The notes: generated by a model not told the origin, from the sequence alone. Shown: positions 7,586 through 16,498, counted from the first letter of the stretch. The stretch is 19,098 bases of DNA from Candidatus Nanohaloarchaea archaeon (GCA_041640035.1 JBEQBC010000012.1:1-19098), one strand, 5' to 3'. Program-made: numbers and translations.

Positions 7586-9619
7586 TTAATCGATTTCCAT
7601 CTCTATATCTGCAACATAAGCATCTTCTTTCTGAAGTATCAATGGATTGATATCTATCTCCTGTATCTCTTCATGGTTCAAGGCCAGTTCTCCTAGCCGG
7701 ATGATAGCATTTTTTACAGGTCTGAGAGAATGCTCTTCACCTCTTACACCTTCGAAAAGTTCGCTGCTCTCAAGTTCCTCTATCATCTGTTCGGCTTCCT
7801 GCTCGCTGATAGGTGCTATACCGAAGCTGATATCATGCAATGCTTCAATATAGATGCCGCCTAGACCGACAAGTATCATAGGACCGAACTGTGGATCCCG
7901 TTTCATACCTAGTGCAACTTCCAGACCGTCAATCTGCTCCTGCACGACTACGCCGTTGATCTCTGATCCAGGTTTTTCGTGGTAAACTGATTCAATTATC
8001 CTGTTGAATTCATCTCTTGCTTCTTCACGAGTCTCGATACCTGTAACGACTCCATCCAAATCGGTCTTATGAGAGATATCCGGAGAATCAATCTTCATCA
8101 CAGCCGGGAAACCAACCTTGGAAACCTTCTCCTGAGCAGGATTAGGCGCCTCAGCCAATTCTGTGAGAGGAAGGTCAAACCCGTAGGCCTCCAAAAGCTT
8201 GTGCCCATCCATGTAGCTGCTGTAGTCTTGAAGAGCTTCATTCGCCTTCCTGCTATCATGACTGACATCTCTGTACTGTTTTTCCGTTTCAAGGAATTCT
8301 CTGTACTCATACATCGCCTTCAAGGTTTTGACCGCGTCAACCGGATCCTGGAAGTCCGGAACCTGATTCTTCTCAAGAACATCTACCCCTTTCTGAACAT
8401 CTTGCTCGCCCATGAAGGATGCGAAAACAGGTTTTTCAGTGTCTTCCTCCGCTCTTGAAACTGTTTCAGCTGTTTTAACTATCTCGGTGTTGGCCTGAGG
8501 TGTCAGAACTACGATAACCGAGTCAACACCCTCATCTTCAAGTATTATCTCCAGTGCTTGTTCGTATCGGTCATGGCCTGCGTCACCGATAACATCTAAG
8601 GGATTGTGAGGAGTGCTTTCATCAGGCATATTTTCTTCCAGTCGTGCTTTGGTCTCTTCACTAAATTCAGCCAGGCTTAACCCATGCTGAGATATCTCAT
8701 CCGTAGTTATCACTCCTGGTCCGCCAGCATTGGTAATTATAGCTACATTATCTCCTTCAGGCACAGGTTGGTATGCAAAGGCTCTTCCAAAATCTAGAAG
8801 TTCCCTGTTGGACTCTGCTTCAATTATACCTGCTTTTCTGAAAGCTGCCTTGTATGCTTCGTAGCTTCCTGCTATACTTCCTGTATGACTCGAGGCAGCA
8901 TCTCCTCCTTTATCCGTTCTACCGGATTTAACCATCACAATAGGTTTTTCCCTAGAGGTTCTCTCTGCCTCTCTTATGAAATCTCGGCCATTATCGATTC
9001 CTTCATTATATGATATTATAGATTCTGTTTCATCTTCCCTCCATTTTTTCAGTAAGTCTACTTCGTTCATCTGTGCCTTGTTTCCTAGAGAGACAAAATG
9101 ACGGAAACCAATATGCTCTGCTTTAGCATAATCAAGTATTGCTGTACAGAAGGCTCCGCTCTGACTCATAAATGAGATATTACCTTCTTCCGGCGTTATT
9201 GATGCGAAAGATGCGTTCATATTGTTTTCCGTGTTTATCAGGCCGAGTACATTTGGACCTAAAAGCGAGATATTGTTTTCATCCGCGATATCCAGAACAT
9301 CTTCCTCAAGTTCTTCATTTCCGACCTCCGAGAAACCTGCGGAGATTATTATCGCGGCATCCACATCTTTCGCGGCTGCGTCCTCCATAACCTGAGGGAC
9401 GATCTTGGAAGGAACCACAACTACTGCTAGATCTGTGTTTTCAGGTATCTCATCCTTTGCGGTTATTCCTTCTACTTCGTCGGCTTTGGGGTTTACCGGT
9501 ATGACTTCCCCTTCGAAGCTTCTGAGGTTGTCGAATACCTCGTGCCCGGTTTTGCCTTTGTGCCTGGAGGCTCCGACAACTGCTATCTTGTCGGGTTTGA
9601 ACAGTTTTTCCAGAGACAT
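7586..9619 (-). CDS. acdAB: Acetate--CoA ligase (ADP-forming), fused alpha/beta
   Basis: CoA-binding IAVVGAS/PVNP, ISAGFSE, LLGPNVLG, SQSGA, phospho-His ASSHTGS, TNAGGPG and NPLD. C-terminal ATP-grasp domain with SHKTD, DPQFGP and DINPL. Confidence 0.96.
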   Translation of the reverse strand: MSLEKLFKPDKIAVVGASRHKGKTGHEVFDNLRSFEGEVIPVNPKADEVEGITAKDEIPENTDLAVVVVPSKIVPQVMEDAAAKDVDAAIIISAGFSEVGNEELEEDVLDIADENNISLLGPNVLGLINTENNMNASFASITPEEGNISFMSQSGAFCTAILDYAKAEHIGFRHFVSLGNKAQMNEVDLLKKWREDETESIISYNEGIDNGRDFIREAERTSREKPIVMVKSGRTDKGGDAASSHTGSIAGSYEAYKAAFRKAGIIEAESNRELLDFGRAFAYQPVPEGDNVAIITNAGGPGVITTDEISQHGLSLAEFSEETKARLEENMPDESTPHNPLDVIGDAGHDRYEQALEIILEDEGVDSVIVVLTPQANTEIVKTAETVSRAEEDTEKPVFASFMGEQDVQKGVDVLEKNQVPDFQDPVDAVKTLKAMYEYREFLETEKQYRDVSHDSRKANEALQDYSSYMDGHKLLEAYGFDLPLTELAEAPNPAQEKVSKVGFPAVMKIDSPDISHKTDLDGVVTGIETREEARDEFNRIIESVYHEKPGSEINGVVVQEQIDGLEVALGMKRDPQFGPMILVGLGGIYIEALHDISFGIAPISEQEAEQMIEELESSELFEGVRGEEHSLRPVKNAIIRLGELALNHEEIQEIDINPLILQKEDAYVADIEMEID

Positions 9620-9739
9620 TATACAGTGTAATTATGTTTGCCGGTTTATTTAGGCTGATGAGTTCACCTAGAGGTAGAAACAGGATTTGATGGGATTTAT
9701 GAATTAGAAGCAATCATCTTAAACTGAAAAATTATACGG

Positions 9740-10369
9740 ATGAAAAATTATTTTGCCAGCCTGAAGTCGCGGAAAACCATTTTAGGGATTTTAACCAGTT
9801 TAATTCTGGTTTTAACTGCTTCTGGAGTTTATTTTTCACCTATTGATATGGGAGCATGGTCTCAAGTTATACTAGGAGAAGGTTCTGTCCAGACGAGTAC
9901 TTTCTATTCTTCACAGGTATGGAATCTTTCAAACTCCGCTGAAAAATCAGATATGATCATTACTGGAGAAGTAGCCCAGGTGAAAAACGCAGAGTGGAAC
10001 ACCTCCGATGGGAAAAGACCAGATAATATTACCTCTAAAGATGTAGCTGGCATACACCATGAAGTGGTTATCAATATAGATAAAGTGGTTAAAGGCCCAG
10101 AGAAAGAAAGGATCGCCTTAAGGGTTGATACAGGCCGCATCGGCAGATACAATACTCAATCTTCAAGCGCGGCAGAATATCATGAAGGAGAAAGAGTGCT
10201 TGTGTATGTCCAGAGATGGAGAGGTCACTACCAGACCTTTGGTCAGAAGTACGGCAAGTTCAATCTCGATAACAAAGTTATTGAAAGAAATATCAACGGA
10301 CCGTACAGAGAGACTCTCAACTTGACAAGAGTGATTGAGCGTCAGAAGCAGCTTTATGGCAGCGAGTAA
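9740..10369 (+). CDS. Hypothetical secreted or membrane-anchored protein
   Basis: Basic N-terminus plus hydrophobic helix (TILGILTSLILVLTASGVYF), then a beta-rich domain (SDMIITGEV...GERVLVYV). Four N-x-S/T sequons. Confidence 0.75.
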   Translation: MKNYFASLKSRKTILGILTSLILVLTASGVYFSPIDMGAWSQVILGEGSVQTSTFYSSQVWNLSNSAEKSDMIITGEVAQVKNAEWNTSDGKRPDNITSKDVAGIHHEVVINIDKVVKGPEKERIALRVDTGRIGRYNTQSSSAAEYHEGERVLVYVQRWRGHYQTFGQKYGKFNLDNKVIERNINGPYRETLNLTRVIERQKQLYGSE

Positions 10370-10379
10370 ATAACAGAGA

Positions 10380-10401
10380 CTTCTTTTTTCTTTCACTCTT
10401 T
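10380..10401 (+). terminator. Putative oligo-T archaeal terminator
   Basis: Pyrimidine/T tract CTTCTTTTTTCTTTCACTCTTT just after the stop at 10369. Confidence 0.5.
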
Positions 10402-10416
10402 GGTCGCAAACGATTT

Positions 10417-10424
10417 TTTATATA
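10417..10424 (+). promoter_or_regulatory. TATA box of the pdh operon
   Basis: TTTATATA preceded by BRE-like CGCAAACGA, about 25 nt before the pdhA ATG. Confidence 0.65.
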
Positions 10425-10448
10425 CAATCGTCAGGGATTGATTGTTAC

Positions 10449-11492
10449 ATGGCTAGAGAGACTGTATACGAGGGTTCTATCGAACGGATCGAAGTAATGG
10501 ATGCAGATGAAGATATCGATATAGATGACGAAGAGGTAGTCGAGCTGTACAAACAGATGGTTACGGCACGGAAGTTCGATGAAAAAGCCTTCTCTCTGCA
10601 GAGAAGAGGAGAAATCTCAACATACGCACCACACAAAGGACAGGAAGCAGCACAGCTAGGAGCCATACATGCACTCCAGGAAGATGACTGGATGGTACCT
10701 TCATTTAGAGAAACAGCAGCCTTTATCGCACGCGGAGCACCTCTAGACAAACTATTCCGAAGATGGATGGGTGACGCAAACGGACAGAAGGACATCGGCA
10801 ACAATCTACCGGTAGCGATACCTGTCGGAACACAGAACCTTCACAACGCCGGAATCGGCATGGCCATGGAGAAAAAAGACGAAGATAACCTAGTACTAGG
10901 ATTTACAGGAGACGGAAGCACCAGCGAAGGAGACTTCCACGAAGCACTGAACTTTTCAGGAGTATTCAACGCACACAGCATCTTCTTCGTGCAGAACAAC
11001 CAGTTCGCGATCAGTATGCCCCGAGAAAAACAGACTAAATCAGAAACCATCGCACAGAAGGCGATTGGTTACGGAATCGACGGTATACAGGTCGATGGAA
11101 ACGATGTATTCGCAGTTATCAAAGCAGTACGGGAAGCCGCAGAGAAGGCACGGAACGGAGAACCAGTGCTTATTGAAGCCGTTACTTACAGGCTTGAAGA
11201 TCATACTACATCAGATGACTCAACACGGTACAGAGATGAGGAAGAGGTCGAGGAATGGAAGGATAAAGATCCTTTGAAGCGTCTGAAGGAATACATGAAG
11301 GAAAACGATATCTGGGAAGACGAGCTTGAAGATTACGGAGAGGAAGCTGAAGAAAGGATAGATGAAGCAGCTGACGAAGCCATAGATACGGAGGACCCAG
11401 AGTTCGACGAGATGTTTGATTATGTGTACGGCGAGATGCCAGAAATACTTGAAAAAGAAAAAGAAAAACTAAGAGAGGAGTTAGGTGAATAA
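10449..11492 (+). CDS. pdhA: Pyruvate/2-oxoacid dehydrogenase E1 alpha
   Basis: LQRRG, GQEA, the TPP motif GDGSTSEGDFHEALN...QNNQFAIS, VDGND and YRLEDHTTSDDSTRYR. Confidence 0.96.
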   Translation: MARETVYEGSIERIEVMDADEDIDIDDEEVVELYKQMVTARKFDEKAFSLQRRGEISTYAPHKGQEAAQLGAIHALQEDDWMVPSFRETAAFIARGAPLDKLFRRWMGDANGQKDIGNNLPVAIPVGTQNLHNAGIGMAMEKKDEDNLVLGFTGDGSTSEGDFHEALNFSGVFNAHSIFFVQNNQFAISMPREKQTKSETIAQKAIGYGIDGIQVDGNDVFAVIKAVREAAEKARNGEPVLIEAVTYRLEDHTTSDDSTRYRDEEEVEEWKDKDPLKRLKEYMKENDIWEDELEDYGEEAEERIDEAADEAIDTEDPEFDEMFDYVYGEMPEILEKEKEKLREELGE

Positions 11493-11495
11493 AGA

Positions 11496-12464
11496 ATGGG
11501 AGAAAAGATGAATATTGTAGAAGCAGTCCGCGCAGCAATCCATGACGAAATGGAGAACGATGAAGAAGTGATTGCATACGGAGAAGATGTGGGAGAAGAC
11601 GGCGGAGTATTCCGTGCCACACAGGGATTGCAGGAAGAATTCGGAGAGGACCGGATATTCTCAAGTCCTCTGGCAGAATCAGGTATCGCAGGAACAGCAA
11701 TCGGGATGAGCCTCTACGGCTTCAAACCGGTTGTAGAGATGCAGTTCTCAGGTTTCTCATACCTTGCATTCCACCAGATCAAGGAACACGCAGCCAGATT
11801 CAGGATGAGAAGTCGCGGTGACTGCACCGTGCCTCTGACCGTGAGAGCTCCCTACGGCGGCGGGATAAGCGCACTCGAACACCATCAGGAGTCACCTGAG
11901 AGCTACTTCGCACACGCACAGGGCCTACATGTCGTGATGCCTGGAACACCGCAGGATACCTACTCCCTGTTGAGGAAATCCATACAGATGGACGACCCAG
12001 TAGTCTTCCTAGAACCGAAAAAGACATACAGAGCGTTTAAGGAAGAAGTCGACCGAGAAAAAGAAGTAGAGATCGAGAAAGCAGAAGTAGTTGAAGAAGG
12101 AACAGATGCGACAGTTGTAGCATGGGGTGCGATGCGTCCAGAAGCAGTAAAAGCCGCAGAAGAAGTAAGCGGAGATATCGAAGTAGTCGATCTGAAAACG
12201 ATCTACCCTACAGACTTTGAAACAGTAATCGAATCAGTGAAAAAGACAGGAAGATGCGTAGTACTGCACGAAGCACCTAAAACAGGGGGATTCGGAGCAG
12301 AAATCGCAGCAAGAATAAACGAAGAAGCACTGCTACATCTTGAAGCACCTGTAGAAAGAGTTACAGGACCAGATGTACCCTACCCGCTTTACACACTTGA
12401 AGACTACTACATGCCGGATAAGAACCGGACAGCATCAAAACTGGAAGAAGTACTAGAATTCTGA
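11496..12464 (+). CDS. pdhB: Pyruvate/2-oxoacid dehydrogenase E1 beta
   Basis: GEDVGEDGGVFRAT, PLAESGI, EMQFSGF, RAPYGGG...HQES and FLEPK. SD-like AGGTGA upstream. Confidence 0.96.
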   Translation: MGEKMNIVEAVRAAIHDEMENDEEVIAYGEDVGEDGGVFRATQGLQEEFGEDRIFSSPLAESGIAGTAIGMSLYGFKPVVEMQFSGFSYLAFHQIKEHAARFRMRSRGDCTVPLTVRAPYGGGISALEHHQESPESYFAHAQGLHVVMPGTPQDTYSLLRKSIQMDDPVVFLEPKKTYRAFKEEVDREKEVEIEKAEVVEEGTDATVVAWGAMRPEAVKAAEEVSGDIEVVDLKTIYPTDFETVIESVKKTGRCVVLHEAPKTGGFGAEIAARINEEALLHLEAPVERVTGPDVPYPLYTLEDYYMPDKNRTASKLEEVLEF

Positions 12465-12480
12465 CCCGGAGGCTAAATAA

Positions 12481-12789
12481 ATGGAAGCAGAAAAAATAAA
12501 AGAAAATCTCAGAGAAGCTCTAGTACCAGAAAATAGGAAAAGAGAACTGCTTCAACCGCTCAGCGCAGCCACCGTTACCGGATTAACTATATTTGCACCA
12601 AGCCTAGCAGGAGCAGCATACGGCTTCCCTGTAGGATTCTACAGCCCAGCTATAGCATCATGCATGGCTTTGAACTGTCCGGAACCACATCCAACTGAGA
12701 TGAGCCCACTAGGACTTGTAGCCAGCTTCGTAATCTGGTACATAGTAATAGGTCTGGTTTTCATGAGCTACGAGAGGTGGTCTGAATGA
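12481..12789 (+). CDS. Small two-TM membrane protein within the pdh operon
   Basis: GGAGG SD at 12468-12472 and an ATGA overlap with pdhC. Two hydrophobic segments flank CMALNCPEPHP. Confidence 0.75.
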   Translation: MEAEKIKENLREALVPENRKRELLQPLSAATVTGLTIFAPSLAGAAYGFPVGFYSPAIASCMALNCPEPHPTEMSPLGLVASFVIWYIVIGLVFMSYERWSE

Positions 12790-14171
12790 AGTTCGAGTTC
12801 CCGGACACAGGTGAAGGAGTAACGGAAGGTCAGTTCCTGGACTGGAAAGTCGAAGAAGGCGACGAGGTTGAGGAAGATCAAGTAGTCGGAGAAGCAGAGA
12901 CAGACAAAGCAGTAGTCGAGATACCAGCACCTAAAGACGGAGTAGTACAGGAATTCAAAGCCGCTCCAGGCGACACAGTCTCCGTAGGAGATGTCATAAT
13001 GATACTAGATACAGGAGAAGAAACAGAAGAACCGGAGCAAGAAGATCAGAAAACTGAGGAAAAAGAACAAACTGATGAAACAAGTAAACAAGAATCAACA
13101 GAAACAAGCACCGGCTCTGGCGAAGAAGTTCTGGCTCTGCCAAAAGTCAGAAAGCTAGCTGAAAAACACGGAATAGACCTTGCCTCAATCAAAACCGGTG
13201 AAAGGATATACGAAGAAGAGGTCAGGGAACGCATAAACTCTGAAGATACTGAAGAAGAAACTTCAACCTCTTCTAACACCTCAAGCACTGTCGGAGCGAA
13301 GGCCCGTCCATCCGTCCGGAAACTCGCCCGTGAAAAAGAAATCGACATCTCAGAGATTGAAGGTAGCGGCAGAGACGGAGAAGTAACAAGAGAAGATGTA
13401 ATTAAAGCAGCAAATACCTCCAGCACAACATCAGAACAACCACCCAGTACAACTTCCTCAACAGAGAGTACTGAGGAAGGAGAAGTTGAGAGAGTTGAGA
13501 TGAACAACATCCAGAGAACCAGCGCCAAGAAGATGGAGGAATCACGGTTCTCAGCGCCTCATGTAACCCATGTAGAGAAAGCAGATCTTACAGAGCTTGC
13601 TGAGCTCCGGAATCAGGAGAAGGATGAGGTCGAGGTACATCTAACATACATGCCGTTCGTGATGAAGGCTGCGCTGAGAGCACTGGAAGAATATCCTGAG
13701 CTGAACGCAGAGTACGATGAGGAGAACCAGGAGATTATCGAGAAACAGTATTACAATTTCAATATAGCTGTAGATACCGAGAGAGGCTTGATGGTGCCTG
13801 TAATCGACGATGTAGACGATAAAAGCATAATCGAACTAGCGGAAGCAGTTGTCAACAAGGCAGAGAAAGCTCAGAACGGCGAGGTAACGATGAGCGATAT
13901 GCAGGGAGGAACATTCTCAATCACAAATGTAGGAGTTATCGGAGGAGAAGAATTCACGCCAATAATCAACCCGCCACAGACAGCAATCCTTGGACTCGGC
14001 CGTATACAGAAGACAGCAGAAGTAGTAGACGGAGAAGTTGTCCCAAGAACAACAGTTAAGCTTTCTCTCAGCTATGACCACCGTGTTATCGACGGTGCGA
14101 CAGCCGCCCGTTTCATGAACAAAATTAAAGAAAACTTGGAGAACCCGGAAAAAATGCTTATGGAGATGTAA
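12786..14171 (+). CDS. pdhC: Dihydrolipoamide acyltransferase E2
   Basis: Lipoyl domain (PDTGEGVTEG...ETDKAVVEIPAP), two peripheral-subunit-binding-like repeats, and catalytic domain with GGTFSITN, PIINPPQ and SYDHRVIDGA. Confidence 0.96.
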   Translation: MKFEFPDTGEGVTEGQFLDWKVEEGDEVEEDQVVGEAETDKAVVEIPAPKDGVVQEFKAAPGDTVSVGDVIMILDTGEETEEPEQEDQKTEEKEQTDETSKQESTETSTGSGEEVLALPKVRKLAEKHGIDLASIKTGERIYEEEVRERINSEDTEEETSTSSNTSSTVGAKARPSVRKLAREKEIDISEIEGSGRDGEVTREDVIKAANTSSTTSEQPPSTTSSTESTEEGEVERVEMNNIQRTSAKKMEESRFSAPHVTHVEKADLTELAELRNQEKDEVEVHLTYMPFVMKAALRALEEYPELNAEYDEENQEIIEKQYYNFNIAVDTERGLMVPVIDDVDDKSIIELAEAVVNKAEKAQNGEVTMSDMQGGTFSITNVGVIGGEEFTPIINPPQTAILGLGRIQKTAEVVDGEVVPRTTVKLSLSYDHRVIDGATAARFMNKIKENLENPEKMLMEM

Positions 14172-14177
14172 AAAATT

Positions 14178-15599
14178 ATGGTCGTAGGAGATATCGAAAA
14201 AGGTACAGATGTACTTGTAATCGGAGCAGGTCCTGGAGGCTACCACGCCGCAATAAGAGCTGCTCAAAGAGGAAAAGATGTAACAGTAGTAGAAAAAGAA
14301 AAAGTAGGAGGCACATGCCTCAACCACGGATGCATACCAGCCAAAGCCATTATCCATGCCTCAAAGTTCCACGATGATATCCAGCACTGGAACGAGATCG
14401 GAATAGAAGCAGAATGCGAACATGTGGACTTCGAGAAGATCCAGGAATGGAAGGATGAAACCGTTGAGAAGCTTGACCAGGGCATACTTCAGATCTTTGA
14501 CGATCTTGGAATCGAGATGGTGAAAGGAACAGCATACTTCGAGGACTCCAACACCGTACATGTAGAGGAAGAACACAACACCGAGACAATCAACTTCGAT
14601 AAAGCAGTGGTAGCAGCAGGCACACAGCCAATCGAGATACCAAGCATGAGCTTCGACATGGACCGAGTGATCTCCTCAAGAGAAGTACTTGAAATAGAGG
14701 AAGTACCGGACGAGATCGTGGTTATCGGAGGCGGATACATCGGTATGGAAGCAGTAACAAAGTTCTGCAAGTTCGGAGCCACTGTAAAAGTACTCGAGGC
14801 AGAAGACCGAGTTCTCAACAACTTCGAGGAAGACATAGTACGACACTTAGAAGAGGTCAGCCCCGACTACGGCGACGAACTGTACACAAATGTCCAGGCC
14901 AAAGAAGTGATCTACAACGACGACGATAAACCGGTAGTAGTTGCTGAAGAGGAGAACGGCAACGAAATCGAAATCAAAGGAGATTATGTGCTGGTGGCGG
15001 TCGGAAGAACACCTGAACCCGTAGCAGAAGGACTCAAAATAGATAATACCGATGTAACCAGAGATGAACACGGCTTCATCGAGACCGACGAACAGATGCG
15101 TACAGAGGACGACGACATATTCGCTATAGGAGATATCGTCGGAAACCCATTACTGGCACACAAAGCATTCAGAGAAGGAAAAGTGGCAGCAGAAGTAATA
15201 TCAGGAAACAACGCAGCGTTCGACAACCAGTACATCCCGAAGGCGATGTACACAGACCCAGAGGTAGCTGTAGTAGGCGACTCACTGACCGAAGCCAAAG
15301 AAAAGTATAATGAGGTTATGGTCGGCAGATTCCCGTTCAAGGCTTCCGGAAGAGCTCTCTCAACCAACAAAGACGACGGATTCGTACGTGTGATAGCGGA
15401 CGAAAATGAGAAACTTGTAGGGGTGCAGATAGTGGGTGCTCGGGCATCGGATATGATAGCGGAGGCAACTCTTGCACTGGAGATGCAGGCTCATCTTGAC
15501 GACCTTGCGAATACTATTCACGCACATCCGACCTTCCCAGAAGCTCTATCGGAAGCGGCGGAGGCAGCAAAAGACGAGGCTATCCATTTCCAAGGCTAA
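14178..15599 (+). CDS. lpdA: Dihydrolipoyl dehydrogenase E3
   Basis: GAGPGGY, redox disulfide GGTCLNHGCIP, GGGYIG, AIGD, LAHKA and HAHPTFPE. Confidence 0.97.
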   Translation: MVVGDIEKGTDVLVIGAGPGGYHAAIRAAQRGKDVTVVEKEKVGGTCLNHGCIPAKAIIHASKFHDDIQHWNEIGIEAECEHVDFEKIQEWKDETVEKLDQGILQIFDDLGIEMVKGTAYFEDSNTVHVEEEHNTETINFDKAVVAAGTQPIEIPSMSFDMDRVISSREVLEIEEVPDEIVVIGGGYIGMEAVTKFCKFGATVKVLEAEDRVLNNFEEDIVRHLEEVSPDYGDELYTNVQAKEVIYNDDDKPVVVAEEENGNEIEIKGDYVLVAVGRTPEPVAEGLKIDNTDVTRDEHGFIETDEQMRTEDDDIFAIGDIVGNPLLAHKAFREGKVAAEVISGNNAAFDNQYIPKAMYTDPEVAVVGDSLTEAKEKYNEVMVGRFPFKASGRALSTNKDDGFVRVIADENEKLVGVQIVGARASDMIAEATLALEMQAHLDDLANTIHAHPTFPEALSEAAEAAKDEAIHFQG

Positions 15600-15613
15600 A
15601 AACCGGTTTTTAG
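15596..15613. repeat. Perfect 18-bp palindrome at the lpdA stop
   Basis: CTAAAAACCGGTTTTTAG is its own reverse complement. Confidence 0.85.
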
Positions 15614-15631
15614 GTGTCTGTACCACAACCA

Positions 15632-15638
15632 TATTAAG
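15632..15638 (+). promoter_or_regulatory. Putative TATA box for DsbA paralogue 2
   Basis: TATTAAG lies about 27 nt upstream of the ATG at 15665. Confidence 0.45.
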
Positions 15639-15664
15639 CATCTAGAGCTGCTGTATAGAGTACA

Positions 15665-16489
15665 ATGGTCGAATGTGAATTCTGTGGAGAAGAGTTCGAG
15701 AACGAAGCCCAGATGCATGTGCACTGGGGCGAAGAACACGAAGATGAACTTAACTCCCATCAAGAAGAGAAGGTCAAGAAAGCGGAAAAGAAACTAGAAC
15801 AGGAAAAGCAGGAGATAAAGGCCAGAAGAAAAAGATTACTAGGTTATGCGCTTGGAGGAACGCTTACAGTACTTCTGATAGGTTTTGTAGCCATTCAGCT
15901 TCTGCAGAACATGACCGCAGGACCCGGACAGCAGGAATCATTTGATCTTGATACACAGCCTGTTCTCGGAGCAGAGAATGTTTCAGAGAACAATACTATA
16001 CAGATAGTCGAGTTCGGAGACTACAGATGTGGTCACTGCCAGAGATTTGATGCAGATCATAAACCTCAGCTAGTTGAGAACTATATAGAAAACGAAGACA
16101 TGAATGTCGAATTTTACTGGATCAACTATCCTTCATTAGGACAGGAATCGGTTGAAGCAGCAGAAGCATCGGAATGCGTCGCCGAAGAGGCCGGTAGAGA
16201 CAGCGAAGCATTCTGGAACTTCCACAGCGCTTTACTATCAACCTCAGATGTGCAGTACACAGCTTCCGGGCTGACAGATGTTGCAAGAGACGCGACCTCG
16301 GGACTGGACTACGACGGCATCCAGTCATGTATCTCAAACGGAGAGATGATGGACGAGGTCAACAAAGATATCTCGATTGCTAACGGCAACGAAGTCCGTG
16401 GAACACCTGCAATCTTTGTAAACGAAGATAGAGTTACAGGCTACCAGTACGGTACTGTCAGCGCAGCTATCGAGAGAAAGCTCGGATAA
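15665..16489 (+). CDS. Membrane-anchored DsbA-family oxidoreductase with N-terminal C2H2 zinc finger (paralogue 2)
   Basis: CEFC-x12-H-x4-H finger, charged helix, ARRKR and a TM helix. Then PVLG, IVEFGDYRCGHC, WINYP, SECV/QSCI and GTPAIFVN. Confidence 0.9.
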   Translation: MVECEFCGEEFENEAQMHVHWGEEHEDELNSHQEEKVKKAEKKLEQEKQEIKARRKRLLGYALGGTLTVLLIGFVAIQLLQNMTAGPGQQESFDLDTQPVLGAENVSENNTIQIVEFGDYRCGHCQRFDADHKPQLVENYIENEDMNVEFYWINYPSLGQESVEAAEASECVAEEAGRDSEAFWNFHSALLSTSDVQYTASGLTDVARDATSGLDYDGIQSCISNGEMMDEVNKDISIANGNEVRGTPAIFVNEDRVTGYQYGTVSAAIERKLG

Positions 16490-16498
16490 GAAAATCTT

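Noticed and set aside
13240-13480. Low-complexity S/T/E-coding stretches in pdhC
   Set aside because: These are ordinary flexible E2 linkers, with no exact tandem DNA repeat.
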